A stretch of DNA of 25,270 nucleotides from a virus (IMGVR_UViG_3300025645_000415:1-25270); one strand, 5' to 3'; numbered from the stretch's first letter, positions 6,694 through 15,304 are shown. Notes: generated by a model from the letters alone, not told the origin. A program made the numbers and translations.

Positions 6694-8883
6694 TTAGTAA
6701 ACCCTTACCGCAGTTTCGTTTGCTCTTTCTATTGCAATCAATAAATCTTGTCCATCAACTCTAACCTCTCCAGTTACGTTTATGTTTCCGCCTCCTCTAC
6801 TTTTTCCAATCATACCTTGCAACTTATTCAATGGCGCTATAACCTCAGGATTTTGTCTTGCACCAGGATACTCTCCAACCAATCCCATTGTCGGGCCGCT
6901 TACAATTCCACCATCTGCAAAAGCAGTTGCTCTTCCACCACCTGAGCCAATTTTTGATGCTCCGGCTTTAAATAAAGATCCCAAAGCAACCAAAGCAATA
7001 CCCGCAGCGATAGCAACCCCAGGCGCTAAAGATTTAAAAGCAATTTGTATTTTCTTTAATGTTATACCAATACCAATAGCTAATTTACCTAATTGCATTG
7101 CCATACCTCCAATAGTTCCTAAAATAACTTTTGATAATTTACCGGCTAAGTTACCTCCTCCAGTAATTGCGCTACCTAATGCAGCGCCAATTCCAGACGC
7201 AATATTTTGTAAACCTCCGTTAATAATTTGTCCGGCTCTTTGATTAAATACCTCCGCTTGTTGTAGCGCTAATAGTCTATTTTCTGCTAAAACCGCTTGT
7301 TGTTCCGCCATAACAGTTGGGAGCCTTTCAGTATCGGCTGCAATCATATCGCTTATAGGCGTTTGAATTCCCGCACCGCTTACTCCTTCCGTTGCAGTTG
7401 TTGCCATCGGTCTTGTTGGAACGCCACCATTTCCGCCACTTACACCACTTGGAGTAACTCCACCTTCACTTGTTCCGGCACCACTTACCGCCATTTCAAC
7501 CGGAATAACTATTTTTGCTATTGTTTTTTGTTGTAACGCTTCATTGAAATTATCTACAACAGAACTACCTAAAGTTGAGGCGTCTGTTTTAATAGATTCA
7601 AATGCGCTTGTGACGTTGTTTTTTAATCCATCTGCTAAGTCTGTAAACCCTTGTACAATTTTATCTTTGTCAAAGGTAAAAATGCCCATAATAATATCGC
7701 CAATGCCCTTAAATAATGTCATAAAGTTTTTTGCAAAGGTTTTTATTATTGTAGAGAAAGTAGAAAAAACAAACTTTCCAACGGCTAACATATTTTTAAA
7801 ATTCATTATTAACGAATCAACCGCTAATTGAATAGGCAATGAATTGTTGTACAATTCTATAAAATAGTTTCCTATTTTTACTAAAGCGGATTTTATACCC
7901 GCCCAATTTTTATAAATTACAACTGAAATTGCAGTTAATCCGGCAACTATTAAACCAATCGGCCCCATCATAACAGATAATGCTGTTCCAATAGCCGGTG
8001 CCATTGTCATAAGTGTTCCTAAAATATAAAGAACTGGCCCTAAAGCCGCAGCGATACCCGCTAAAACAACTATTAATTTTTTTGTTGATGGACTTAATTC
8101 TGCAAATTTTTGTAACAATCCGTTTGCAAATGATACTAATTTAGTAAATACTGGCAATATAACTTGACCAAACTTCGCAGATAATTCTTTTAAAGATTCT
8201 TGAAATATTCTCATTTGGTTTGCAGCTCCTCCGCTTGTTCTACCAAAATCGCCTTGAGCGTTTGAAGTTGATTCCATTATAAATTTATAACGTAACGCAA
8301 CTTTTTGCGCTTGTGTCATTGTTTTTATATTGGCGTTCATACCTCTTTCCATTGCAAAACTCTCTAAATTTGTCTGAGTCATAACAATACCCAACCTTTT
8401 TAAAGATTCGGTCTCTCCGGTAAAAACTCCCGCTAATGCAGTTGTCGCTTGGTCAATTCCTATGTTTTTAAAAGATGCTAAATCTCCGGCTAAACCAACC
8501 AAAGATGTACTCATATTAGATGCAGCGCTTTGATTTAATCCCATTGAGGTAGCCATATCTCCAAATAAAGCAGCCATATCTAAAGCACTACCTTCTGCAA
8601 TACCAAATTGTTTTAATGTAGTTTTTGCAAAGTCTTTTACTTCTTGTTTAGATTCGCCAAAGGCAACATCTACTTTGTTCATTGATTCTTGGAAATCACT
8701 TGCAAACTTTACTGCTGCGCCACCGGCAACGGCTAAAGGCAAAGTCAATCTAGTTGATAAAGATTTTCCAACGCTTTGCATCTTTGAGCCAAAACTTGAT
8801 AATTTAGAACTCGCAGAACTTAGCGCATTTTTTAACTTGGAGGAATCTCCGGTAATATTTATTTTTAAATTCTGTTCGGCCAT
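6694..8883 (-). CDS. Tail tape measure protein
   Basis: Ala/Gly-rich helical repeats, I.GDSSKL N-terminus, hydrophobic core, C-terminal FADGGIVSGPT.GLVGE...PEVIAPL. Start moved from 8913 to ATG 8883 (MAEQNLK) because the extension crosses a promoter/terminator. Confidence 0.93.
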   Translation of the reverse strand: MAEQNLKINITGDSSKLKNALSSASSKLSSFGSKMQSVGKSLSTRLTLPLAVAGGAAVKFASDFQESMNKVDVAFGESKQEVKDFAKTTLKQFGIAEGSALDMAALFGDMATSMGLNQSAASNMSTSLVGLAGDLASFKNIGIDQATTALAGVFTGETESLKRLGIVMTQTNLESFAMERGMNANIKTMTQAQKVALRYKFIMESTSNAQGDFGRTSGGAANQMRIFQESLKELSAKFGQVILPVFTKLVSFANGLLQKFAELSPSTKKLIVVLAGIAAALGPVLYILGTLMTMAPAIGTALSVMMGPIGLIVAGLTAISVVIYKNWAGIKSALVKIGNYFIELYNNSLPIQLAVDSLIMNFKNMLAVGKFVFSTFSTIIKTFAKNFMTLFKGIGDIIMGIFTFDKDKIVQGFTDLADGLKNNVTSAFESIKTDASTLGSSVVDNFNEALQQKTIAKIVIPVEMAVSGAGTSEGGVTPSGVSGGNGGVPTRPMATTATEGVSGAGIQTPISDMIAADTERLPTVMAEQQAVLAENRLLALQQAEVFNQRAGQIINGGLQNIASGIGAALGSAITGGGNLAGKLSKVILGTIGGMAMQLGKLAIGIGITLKKIQIAFKSLAPGVAIAAGIALVALGSLFKAGASKIGSGGGRATAFADGGIVSGPTMGLVGEYPGARQNPEVIAPLNKLQGMIGKSRGGGNINVTGEVRVDGQDLLIAIERANETAVRVY

Positions 8884-8902
8884 AGTATTAAATAAGTTGA
8901 AA

Positions 8903-8911
8903 CAAAAATAC
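8903..8911 (-). promoter_or_regulatory. Putative promoter -7 box GTATTTTTG upstream of tape measure
   Basis: Matches TAnnTTTG; 19 nt upstream of the ATG at 8883. Confidence 0.45.
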
Positions 8912-8946
8912 AAAAAAAAAGACGCTTTTATTTTAACGTCTTTTTA
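8912..8946 (-). terminator. Hairpin/terminator at the end of the frameshift ORF
   Basis: AAAAAGACG...CGTCTTTTT inverted repeat with T tracts on both strands; the gpT-like stop codon lies in the loop. Confidence 0.55.
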
Positions 8947-9284
8947 TTAGTCATTGATTGATATTTTGCCATAAAAGAATCCATTTGTTCTTTAGTAGAT
9001 TTAGGCTCTGCCCTTTTCTTTTTTCTTGCAATATCGCTTGGTAATTTAAATAAATCTTCAGGCTTTAACATCTGAGATTTTTTCTCACATTGGACATTGT
9101 GAATCATTACGGCAATGTAACGAGTTTGCTCCCAATTTAGATTGATATTGTTGTGATAGTGTTGAGCAATTAAAGCATTTTCCCTCCAAGTTTGCCGCCA
9201 AAAATCGTCAGGCTTTATTCCAACTAATCCAATGTAGTGATCAGTTAAAGTTTCAAAATTTACTTGTTCTTTGACGGCTGACGC
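8928..9284 (-). CDS. Tail assembly chaperone C-terminal part (gpT-like), reached by -1 frameshift
   Basis: Not in the ORF track. The -1 frame from GGGAAAG (9284-9290) is open for 118 codons: ASAVKEQVNFETLTDHYIGLVGIKPDDFWRQTWRE...WEQTRYIA...KPEDLFKLPSD...KKTLK*. No early ATG of its own. Confidence 0.85.
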   Translation of the reverse strand, partial: ASAVKEQVNFETLTDHYIGLVGIKPDDFWRQTWRENALIAQHYHNNINLNWEQTRYIAVMIHNVQCEKKSQMLKPEDLFKLPSDIARKKKRAEPKSTKEQMDSFMAKYQSMTNKKTLK

Positions 9285-9637
9285 TTTCCCTTAGTTTCAG
9301 TTTCGCCATTTAAACTATTACCTAGAATTTTAGATTGTAACATTACCTCAACAATCTCATTTATTTTTTCGGCGTCTAATTCATCTAACCAAGCGCCAAC
9401 AGTAAATAAATTATAATCTATTTCGTTACCTTTTTCTTGGTCGTTTGCTAAGATTGCTGAATAAACTAAGGCTCTTAATCCTTTTATTGATATTCCGTTT
9501 TGAAATGCTCCGCCAATATCGGCTAAACTTATTCCTAATTGCTCGGTAAATTCCGACCAAAAGTTCATTGAAAAATGTAGAGTTCTGTTTTTGTTACCGA
9601 CTTTGATGTCAATGTAACCCCTTTTTTTGTTTGTCAT
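9260..9637 (-). CDS. Tail assembly chaperone (gpG-like)
   Basis: Lies between major tail protein and tape measure; ends ...ETK-GK-RQPSKNK with a G GGA AAG slippery site. Confidence 0.88.
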   Translation of the reverse strand: MTNKKRGYIDIKVGNKNRTLHFSMNFWSEFTEQLGISLADIGGAFQNGISIKGLRALVYSAILANDQEKGNEIDYNLFTVGAWLDELDAEKINEIVEVMLQSKILGNSLNGETETKGKRQPSKNK

Positions 9638-9660
9638 TTTTTAAGGTTTAAAATTAATAT

Positions 9661-9694
9661 AAAAAAAGCCGTCGCCAAATAATGACGGCGGCCT
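9661..9694 (-). terminator. Intrinsic terminator after major tail protein
   Basis: Minus strand GCCGTC-ATTATTTGGC-GACGGC followed by TTTTTTT. Confidence 0.75.
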
Positions 9695-9716
9695 ATATGA
9701 TAAAAACTAATTATTA

Positions 9717-10124
9717 TTAGTTAGTTGATTTTGTGATTGCTCCAGTGATAGTTAAAGATCCGCTATAAGTTACGGCAGCTTCCATCTCAGCAGACATTTC
9801 TACACTTGATAAAAATGCTTCAGCAGTATAAACTGCATCTCCAGTTTCAGCAGTTCCAAATACGCAAGTTAATTGAGTTCTAGCTAAAAGAAAATCAGCC
9901 ATTTCAATAGCATTTGACGCATCGTCATATACTACTAATCCCTCGAAAGAAATTTCTCCACCTTTTACGCCTCCAATATACTCAGAAAAGCCGTTTGAAT
10001 CTTTAGTTGTAGCTTCCGGCGTGTCCATTGATAAAGACATTGAACAACTTGTAGTGTGTCCAACTGTGGCACCTTCCACTGTTAAAATTAAGTTAGTTCC
10101 GTTAAATACTCCGGTTGTAGCCAT
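9717..10124 (-). CDS. Major tail tube protein (TP901-1/Phage_tail_2-like)
   Basis: NGT.L.L, T.CS.S.S.D..E.TTKDS.G..E...G.K...IS.EG, Y...A.LSS.E.SA......TYS.SL...G. Confidence 0.9.
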   Translation of the reverse strand: MATTGVFNGTNLILTVEGATVGHTTSCSMSLSMDTPEATTKDSNGFSEYIGGVKGGEISFEGLVVYDDASNAIEMADFLLARTQLTCVFGTAETGDAVYTAEAFLSSVEMSAEMEAAVTYSGSLTITGAITKSTN

Positions 10125-10153
10125 TTATGTAATTTTTAATATTATTAATTTTG

Positions 10154-10166
10154 TGTAAATATACGA
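10154..10166 (-). promoter_or_regulatory. Putative late promoter TCGTATATTTACA
   Basis: Identical 13-mer also at 21613-21625 upstream of the protease/capsid genes; variant of TAnnTTTG. Confidence 0.6.
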
Positions 10167-10194
10167 AAATATTTATTTATGAAAATAGTTCAAT

Positions 10195-10518
10195 TTATTG
10201 TCCTATTATTTTATTTATCATTGTTTGTATCTCCTTTGGATCTACATTTAATCTCATTGATAAACCACCTTGCCATACTCTTTTTAATTTATTGCTTTCA
10301 TCAAACAATATAATTGCTGGTACAGATTTTACTTGTTCTTTAAACTTCTTTGGTTGGTCATCATAATTAACTTTTAAAACTTTTACGTTTTTAAGTGTGC
10401 TTAAATGTTTATAGTCATTGCTTTTATTCCAACTTGAATTAACATATAATAAAGTAACTTTTTGAGAATATAGATTTACAGAAAATAAAAGTGATATTAC
10501 AAGTAAAAAAGTTTTCAT
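10195..10518 (-). CDS. Secreted thioredoxin-fold-like protein lacking CxxC
   Basis: Sec signal MKTFLLVISLLFSVNLYS|Q; VTLLYVNSSWN in place of the ..F.A.WC motif; VKSVPAIILF cis-Pro-type motif; no cysteine at all. Confidence 0.6.
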   Translation of the reverse strand: MKTFLLVISLLFSVNLYSQKVTLLYVNSSWNKSNDYKHLSTLKNVKVLKVNYDDQPKKFKEQVKSVPAIILFDESNKLKRVWQGGLSMRLNVDPKEIQTMINKIIGQ

Positions 10519-10520
10519 AA

Positions 10521-10802
10521 TTATTTTTTTATTATTTGAAATAGTTTCTCATCTATCCTATCTAGCTTTTCACTATTCTTATTTACCTTTTCATTGATGT
10601 TTATTATCGTTGTACGAACTAACTCATCTTTTAATTCATACTCTGATTTCTTTATCTCTGGCTCTGGTAATTGCTTTGCTAATTCAATATCTGATTGTAA
10701 AGCAAAATAAACAGATGCAATGGAAACTGCACCAGTAACAATAATACCAATAGTTTTTAAGTCTAGTTGTACTTGTGTATCTTCTGATATTTTATTAGCC
10801 AT
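10521..10802 (-). CDS. Single-TM membrane protein with C-terminal coiled coil
   Basis: TIGIIVTGAVSIASVYFAL hydrophobic helix, then a charged heptad region (INEKVNKNSEKLDRIDEKL). Confidence 0.7.
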   Translation of the reverse strand: MANKISEDTQVQLDLKTIGIIVTGAVSIASVYFALQSDIELAKQLPEPEIKKSEYELKDELVRTTIININEKVNKNSEKLDRIDEKLFQIIKK

Positions 10803-10950
10803 TTTTATTTTGTTTACTCATATTAATAATTTTCATAATTGTGTACACAATAGATACTAAAAGTAAGGTTAATTTCAGCCATTGTTCTATGTTGGAAAAA
10901 CTAACCATAAAGGTTATTAAGTTTAAAGCACCCAATTTAATATCTTGCAT
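10795..10950 (-). CDS. Small membrane protein, holin-like (51 aa)
   Basis: Manual: MQDIKLGALNLITFMVSFSNIEQWLKLTLLLVSIVYTIMKIINMSKQNKNG*; two hydrophobic segments and a basic tail. Alternative GTG start at 10956. Confidence 0.65.
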   Translation of the reverse strand: MQDIKLGALNLITFMVSFSNIEQWLKLTLLLVSIVYTIMKIINMSKQNKNG

Positions 10951-10960
10951 ATCCACGTTA

Positions 10961-11362
10961 TTAGATTTTATGTGATTCGTAGTTCAATCCAAAGAAAGAA
11001 TGTACACCATTACCTTCAACATCAACTGCGTAAGATTTCCAACCATAAGGATGGTCAACTGATGTTACCTCTGGAGTTACTATCATACCATTTTCATCTA
11101 AAACTGCTTCTTGTTCTATTGTAGTAATATCTGCATCGTTCCAACATACGTCAATATGCCAACCTTCTGATAATACTGGAGCAGTAGTTTCTTCTCCTTC
11201 TTCGTCATATTCCCCTTGTTCAAGAACAATATTTCCTAGTTGTACAATGGTACTTTTGTGAGTTGGATATTTGTTTCCATCTTCATCAGTTGCAGTTCCA
11301 AGAGCATCAATTTTACTTTGTGCTTGTTCTCTTGAATCAAATTCGTATTTTGCTATTCTCAT
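10961..11362 (-). CDS. Hypothetical acidic protein associated with the fibre genes
   Basis: ORF track; KYEF...EQA, YDEEGEE..APV, WHIDV.W, HSFFG motifs; follows the LamG-like gene. Function inferred from position only. Confidence 0.65.
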   Translation of the reverse strand: MRIAKYEFDSREQAQSKIDALGTATDEDGNKYPTHKSTIVQLGNIVLEQGEYDEEGEETTAPVLSEGWHIDVCWNDADITTIEQEAVLDENGMIVTPEVTSVDHPYGWKSYAVDVEGNGVHSFFGLNYESHKI

Positions 11363-11414
11363 TACTTATTTATTTTATTTACTCTTGTTGTTATTATAGG
11401 TGTAATTATTACTC

Positions 11415-13013
11415 TTAACTTGTTAATGCTTGTAATTCGCTATCGGTTAATGCATTGTTATAAACTTTCACGTCTCTTACGTTACCATCGAAACTATTCC
11501 CTCCGTTTGCATCATAAAATGATAAATTAGATAATCCTAGTGGGGTATCACCACTTGTATCAGTTCCTATTTCAACCCCATTAACCCACAATGAAAAATC
11601 ATTAACTTTCCACTTACAAGCTATCTTATTATAAAGTGTTGTGTCGGTTATTACTCTATCGATTCCTACTTGAGAAACACCACCTCTAGCAACATCATAT
11701 TCTATTTGATTTGATGAGTTATCAAATTTTAATTGTATTTTGTTGGCTGCAGTACCACTTGAAATAGATATTGCCCTATTTGTTAAATCATCTGATAGGG
11801 CAGCTACCTCTAAATACAATACACCCTCACTAGAATTTATCACTTGGTCATTTCCTCCATTGTTACAAACATCAGCCAACCTTGTTACTGCACTACCTTG
11901 TGTTGGTATGTAAGATGTAGGGTAACTTCCTAATTCTACTTGTGAGCCGAATACATAAACACCACTTGTGCCATTACCTTGATAAAATGGGTCATTATCT
12001 GCTTCTGCTAAATATCCTCTGAAACGATTAGAAGTACCATCTGTTGTTGCAGTTGCAGATATTCGATACCATCCATTACCATAATCCTCTATGTTGCCTG
12101 TAACACCACTATCCTTAGTGCCTACTAAGCCATTTTGAATATCAAAATAAACTGATTTGTTTGAATTTCCGTATTGACCCCATAAACGAAACCATTGTCT
12201 ACCATTATATTTTACAAACATTGAAAAGGTATAACTTTGTCCATTTAAAGATGAAAAACCTGAATTATAAAATGCGTGTGCGCCATCATTCGTACCCTCA
12301 ACCAACTTATAAGCATTAGTAGTTCCATCGGGCGATGTAAAACCTTGTACTTCTTTTACAGATACGTTGTCTATTGAGCCTATGAAATCTGAAGTTACAG
12401 TCATAAAACAATTAGTTCCTATAAAATTAAGATATTCAGTGTGAATTCCTGTAGAAGATACGTAACTACCATCATTACCATTAGAGGATAACTTTATGCT
12501 CCCGCTAGTGTAAGAGGTTACTTCAAACTCACATTTATAAGTTTTACCAATCACACCTATCCCTGTTTGATAAAGATACACTATTGAAGTTTGCGTACCA
12601 TCACAACTAGCGACACCTCCACTAATTGTCCATCCTGTTTGCTTAATCCAATCACTATCTGTTGCAAAATCTCCATTAACTATTAACTCACTACCCGCAG
12701 TACTTGGGTCTCCTTGAATAGTCGCACCACTCTTTGTCCAATAAGGATTAGGAAAGTCACTAGAATAAGTTATTAGGTTTGTTCTACTCGGCTCAAGTTT
12801 TAAAGCACCTTGTGTATTACCTAAAAAATCTATTCTAGGTATTCCATTGCTTACTTCTTCAATTAAACCATCTTTATTTATAACAGTAGCCTTTGATGCT
12901 CTTGTAAATGTAAAGGGCAGAGGCTTGTAGTTGTTACTTTCTGAATTGTAACCAAGCAAATAGCCTTCTTTAGTTGCCCAATTTCCGTTTCCTAAATTTA
13001 AAGTATTTGCCAT
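11415..13013 (-). CDS. Tail fibre/adhesin with CBM-like insert and C-terminal LamG/ConA-like domain (532 aa)
   Basis: FTRAS.AT...GLIE...PRID...L.LEP.RTNL; GNGWYRIS; Q.E.GSYPTSYIPT.GS.VTR; C-terminal WVNG...V.VYN.ALTD.EL. Confidence 0.75.
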   Translation of the reverse strand: MANTLNLGNGNWATKEGYLLGYNSESNNYKPLPFTFTRASKATVINKDGLIEEVSNGIPRIDFLGNTQGALKLEPSRTNLITYSSDFPNPYWTKSGATIQGDPSTAGSELIVNGDFATDSDWIKQTGWTISGGVASCDGTQTSIVYLYQTGIGVIGKTYKCEFEVTSYTSGSIKLSSNGNDGSYVSSTGIHTEYLNFIGTNCFMTVTSDFIGSIDNVSVKEVQGFTSPDGTTNAYKLVEGTNDGAHAFYNSGFSSLNGQSYTFSMFVKYNGRQWFRLWGQYGNSNKSVYFDIQNGLVGTKDSGVTGNIEDYGNGWYRISATATTDGTSNRFRGYLAEADNDPFYQGNGTSGVYVFGSQVELGSYPTSYIPTQGSAVTRLADVCNNGGNDQVINSSEGVLYLEVAALSDDLTNRAISISSGTAANKIQLKFDNSSNQIEYDVARGGVSQVGIDRVITDTTLYNKIACKWKVNDFSLWVNGVEIGTDTSGDTPLGLSNLSFYDANGGNSFDGNVRDVKVYNNALTDSELQALTS

Positions 13014-13015
13014 AT

Positions 13016-14353
13016 CTATATTATTGAATATTGTTGTCCGTTAGCCATATCTGAAAAAGATGTCCAAGACGTTAGTTGTTCTAGTTCGCTATCTGTTAAT
13101 GCTGAATTGTAGTATTGTACTTGTTTAGTGTTTCCGTAGAAATTGTCTGCTGCATTAGAATTGTCAAAAGATACATTATTTAAAGTATTTATAGGAAAAA
13201 CATTACCACTTGTATCAGTACCAACCTCAAATCCATTAACCCATAATGCAAAATCATTTAATTTATATTTTAAAGCAATATTGTTATTTGAAGTAATATT
13301 TGCAGATGCATAATTTATATTTACTTGAGTAACTCCACCGACTTGTATTAAAAAATTTATGTTATTTGAAACATTATTAAAAGTTAATAATAATCTATTT
13401 GTAGCACTCCCACTATTTAACCCTATGCTTCTATAAGTTAAATCATTAGCCAAAGCACTTATCTCCGCCATCAAAACACCTTCTGAATCGTTAAACGTAG
13501 CTGCATCTCCTGCTCCGTTGCAAGTTTCTGCATTACGAGTTACTGTACTTCCGTTGGTTGGAATATAGCTTGTTGGATAAGAACCTTGTTCTATTTGTGC
13601 GCCCCAGATGTAAACACCTTTTGTAATATCTCCAGAATAAGTATTATCATAAGCAGTACCACTTGACCATCTTTCATCTGCTAAACATAAACCCATATAA
13701 ATTTCTGTATCTGGTGCAGTAAAATTAGCACTTAACCTATACCATCCATTTGGATATTTTTCTATTTTAGCATCACTAACACTATATCCAGTTCCCTCTG
13801 AAAATTCATATTCTAAAGTTCCATTATCTAAATCAAAAAAAGCAATACTACCTTTATTTAAACTATTAAAACCTTGAATACCAACATATCTTCTATTTAA
13901 TTTTTTAACAAAAATGCTAAAATTATATTCAGTATTCGCTAACGAACTTATAGCATCAAAAATAAAATGGAAGTTATTATCTGAAGTTTCAAATAAAATA
14001 TCTGCATTTAATGTTCCATCTGGAGAAATAACTTGATTTGATTGTAATGTTGTGTTGTATTTACCCCAAGCAGCATTACTAAAATCTTCTGAATAAGGTA
14101 ATAAATTAGTTCTCTGTGGCTCAAGTTTTAAACTAGGGCATCCATTTACAACACCATCAATCAAAGGATATTCAAGTCTAGGAACATTTGAATCAACTGT
14201 TGTTATTAATCCGTTTTTTGCTATTCTTGTGGCTGAGCCACTTCGTAAAAAATCAAAATCCCCATCTCCATCAGTAGGAAAAATAGAATAAACTTTTTGT
14301 GATTTATAACCACTTGGGATGAATAAAAGACTTGCTTGATCCGCTAAAGACAT
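13016..14353 (-). CDS. Tail fibre/adhesin paralog with C-terminal LamG/ConA-like domain (445 aa)
   Basis: Same motif series as 11415-13013 (LKLEP.RTNL, SPDGT.NA, NGWYR.SA, GSYPTSYIPT, WVNG.E.GTDTSG, ALTDSEL) but without the CBM-like insert. Confidence 0.75.
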   Translation of the reverse strand: MSLADQASLLFIPSGYKSQKVYSIFPTDGDGDFDFLRSGSATRIAKNGLITTVDSNVPRLEYPLIDGVVNGCPSLKLEPQRTNLLPYSEDFSNAAWGKYNTTLQSNQVISPDGTLNADILFETSDNNFHFIFDAISSLANTEYNFSIFVKKLNRRYVGIQGFNSLNKGSIAFFDLDNGTLEYEFSEGTGYSVSDAKIEKYPNGWYRLSANFTAPDTEIYMGLCLADERWSSGTAYDNTYSGDITKGVYIWGAQIEQGSYPTSYIPTNGSTVTRNAETCNGAGDAATFNDSEGVLMAEISALANDLTYRSIGLNSGSATNRLLLTFNNVSNNINFLIQVGGVTQVNINYASANITSNNNIALKYKLNDFALWVNGFEVGTDTSGNVFPINTLNNVSFDNSNAADNFYGNTKQVQYYNSALTDSELEQLTSWTSFSDMANGQQYSII

Positions 14354-14384
14354 ATTTTTATAGTTTTATTTATTATGTTGTTTT

Positions 14385-14528
14385 TTATAAAGACAATTTT
14401 GACTGTACGCAATCAACCGCCTCAATTGTTCCGCCGTCAGCAATAACTCTTGCAACGTAATTTTGAACTATTATAGAGTAAAAAATACTTTTTTGATCGA
14501 CTTGTAAACTTAAACCTAATCCAATCAT
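14385..14528 (-). CDS. Small structural peptide (47 aa) with RV..DGG..E...C motif
   Basis: Manual: MIGLGLSLQVDQKSIFYSIIVQNYVARVIADGGTIEAVDCVQSKLSL*; starts 5 nt after the upstream stop; motif shared with the tail-tip protein. Confidence 0.7.
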   Translation of the reverse strand: MIGLGLSLQVDQKSIFYSIIVQNYVARVIADGGTIEAVDCVQSKLSL

Positions 14529-14533
14529 ATATT

Positions 14534-14806
14534 TTACCTTAAATAACAAATAACCTTACCGCTTGCAACGCTAACATCATCAAAGTTTCCATAAATAACA
14601 ACACCGGTACTCATAGATAACGAACTTATTGAAGTATCGCCTCCTATTGTATCAATGTCACAAGATATTACTGATGATTCTATCGCTTGTATTGCACAAA
14701 AGTTTTCTCCAGTTAAAGATGTAGCTGATGCAGCAATTACTCTTAAACCCTTGTCTCCGAATGATAATTTTTGAAATTCACTAGAATAATATAAATCTGA
14801 CGCCAT
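14534..14806 (-). CDS. Hypothetical small beta-rich protein, probably virion-associated (90 aa)
   Basis: ORF track; G..IYG.F..V.V.SG.VI.Y C-terminus; first gene after a promoter motif in the fibre cluster. Confidence 0.65.
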   Translation of the reverse strand: MASDLYYSSEFQKLSFGDKGLRVIAASATSLTGENFCAIQAIESSVISCDIDTIGGDTSISSLSMSTGVVIYGNFDDVSVASGKVICYLR

Positions 14807-14831
14807 TTTTTTTATTTAAATTTTATATTCA

Positions 14832-14853
14832 CAAAAATACAAAAATTTAAATT
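14832..14853 (-). promoter_or_regulatory. Putative promoter AATTTAAATTTTTGTATTTTTG
   Basis: TAnnTTTG box; nearly identical to AATTTTAAATTTTGTATTTTTAC upstream of the portal (25173-25195). Confidence 0.5.
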
Positions 14854-14860
14854 ATTTATT

Positions 14861-15304
14861 TTAGCCATTCTTTCTAACGGCAGAGCCAAAGAAATATCCG
14901 AAAATTGATAATACAATTCCTTCACAAATTCCTATAAGATGAATCCAAACTTCTTTGTTAGATTCCGGGATTTGTAAATAAACAATCGCATAAATAATAA
15001 AAGCAAATGCGCCTAATCCAATAACACCGGTCAAATTAAACATAAAGTCAAAGCCTCCTGATTTAGCCTTTTCAACTTCTCGTTTTCTAGCCGAATCTCT
15101 GTCTGCAACTTCTAACTCATATAACTCAATCAGTTCATTGTGTAATTGTGTTTTATCTTGACTTGTTAATTCAGGCTCGTTGTCAATTAAGTTTTTAACA
15201 ACTCCTAAAACTCCTTTTTGTGGAAGTATATCGCCAACAAAACCCGGTATTTTTTTAAGTATAAATTGACCAACTTTTGTGTCTTTAAATTTTTTCTTTT
15301 CCAT
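14861..15304 (-). CDS. Holin (GTA 3TM-holin-like)
   Basis: Directly after the endolysin (TAATG overlap); DRDSARKRE motif, two clear C-terminal TM helices, GYFFGS ending. Confidence 0.72.
   Translation of the reverse strand: MEKKKFKDTKVGQFILKKIPGFVGDILPQKGVLGVVKNLIDNEPELTSQDKTQLHNELIELYELEVADRDSARKREVEKAKSGGFDFMFNLTGVIGLGAFAFIIYAIVYLQIPESNKEVWIHLIGICEGIVLSIFGYFFGSAVRKNG

Noticed and set aside
6540-8950. Cluster of plus-strand ORFs (6540, 6748, 6782, 7297, 7544, 8675)
   Set aside because: Antisense to the tape measure and tail-tip genes; no motifs; explained by codon bias of the real genes.
10195-10518. Active redox thioredoxin (auxiliary metabolic gene)
   Set aside because: The protein has no cysteine, so it cannot perform thiol-disulfide exchange.
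11415-14353. Diversity-generating retroelement acting on the fibre genes
   Set aside because: No reverse transcriptase in the window; the similarity spans whole proteins and I saw no near-identical TR/VR pair with adenine-specific mismatches.
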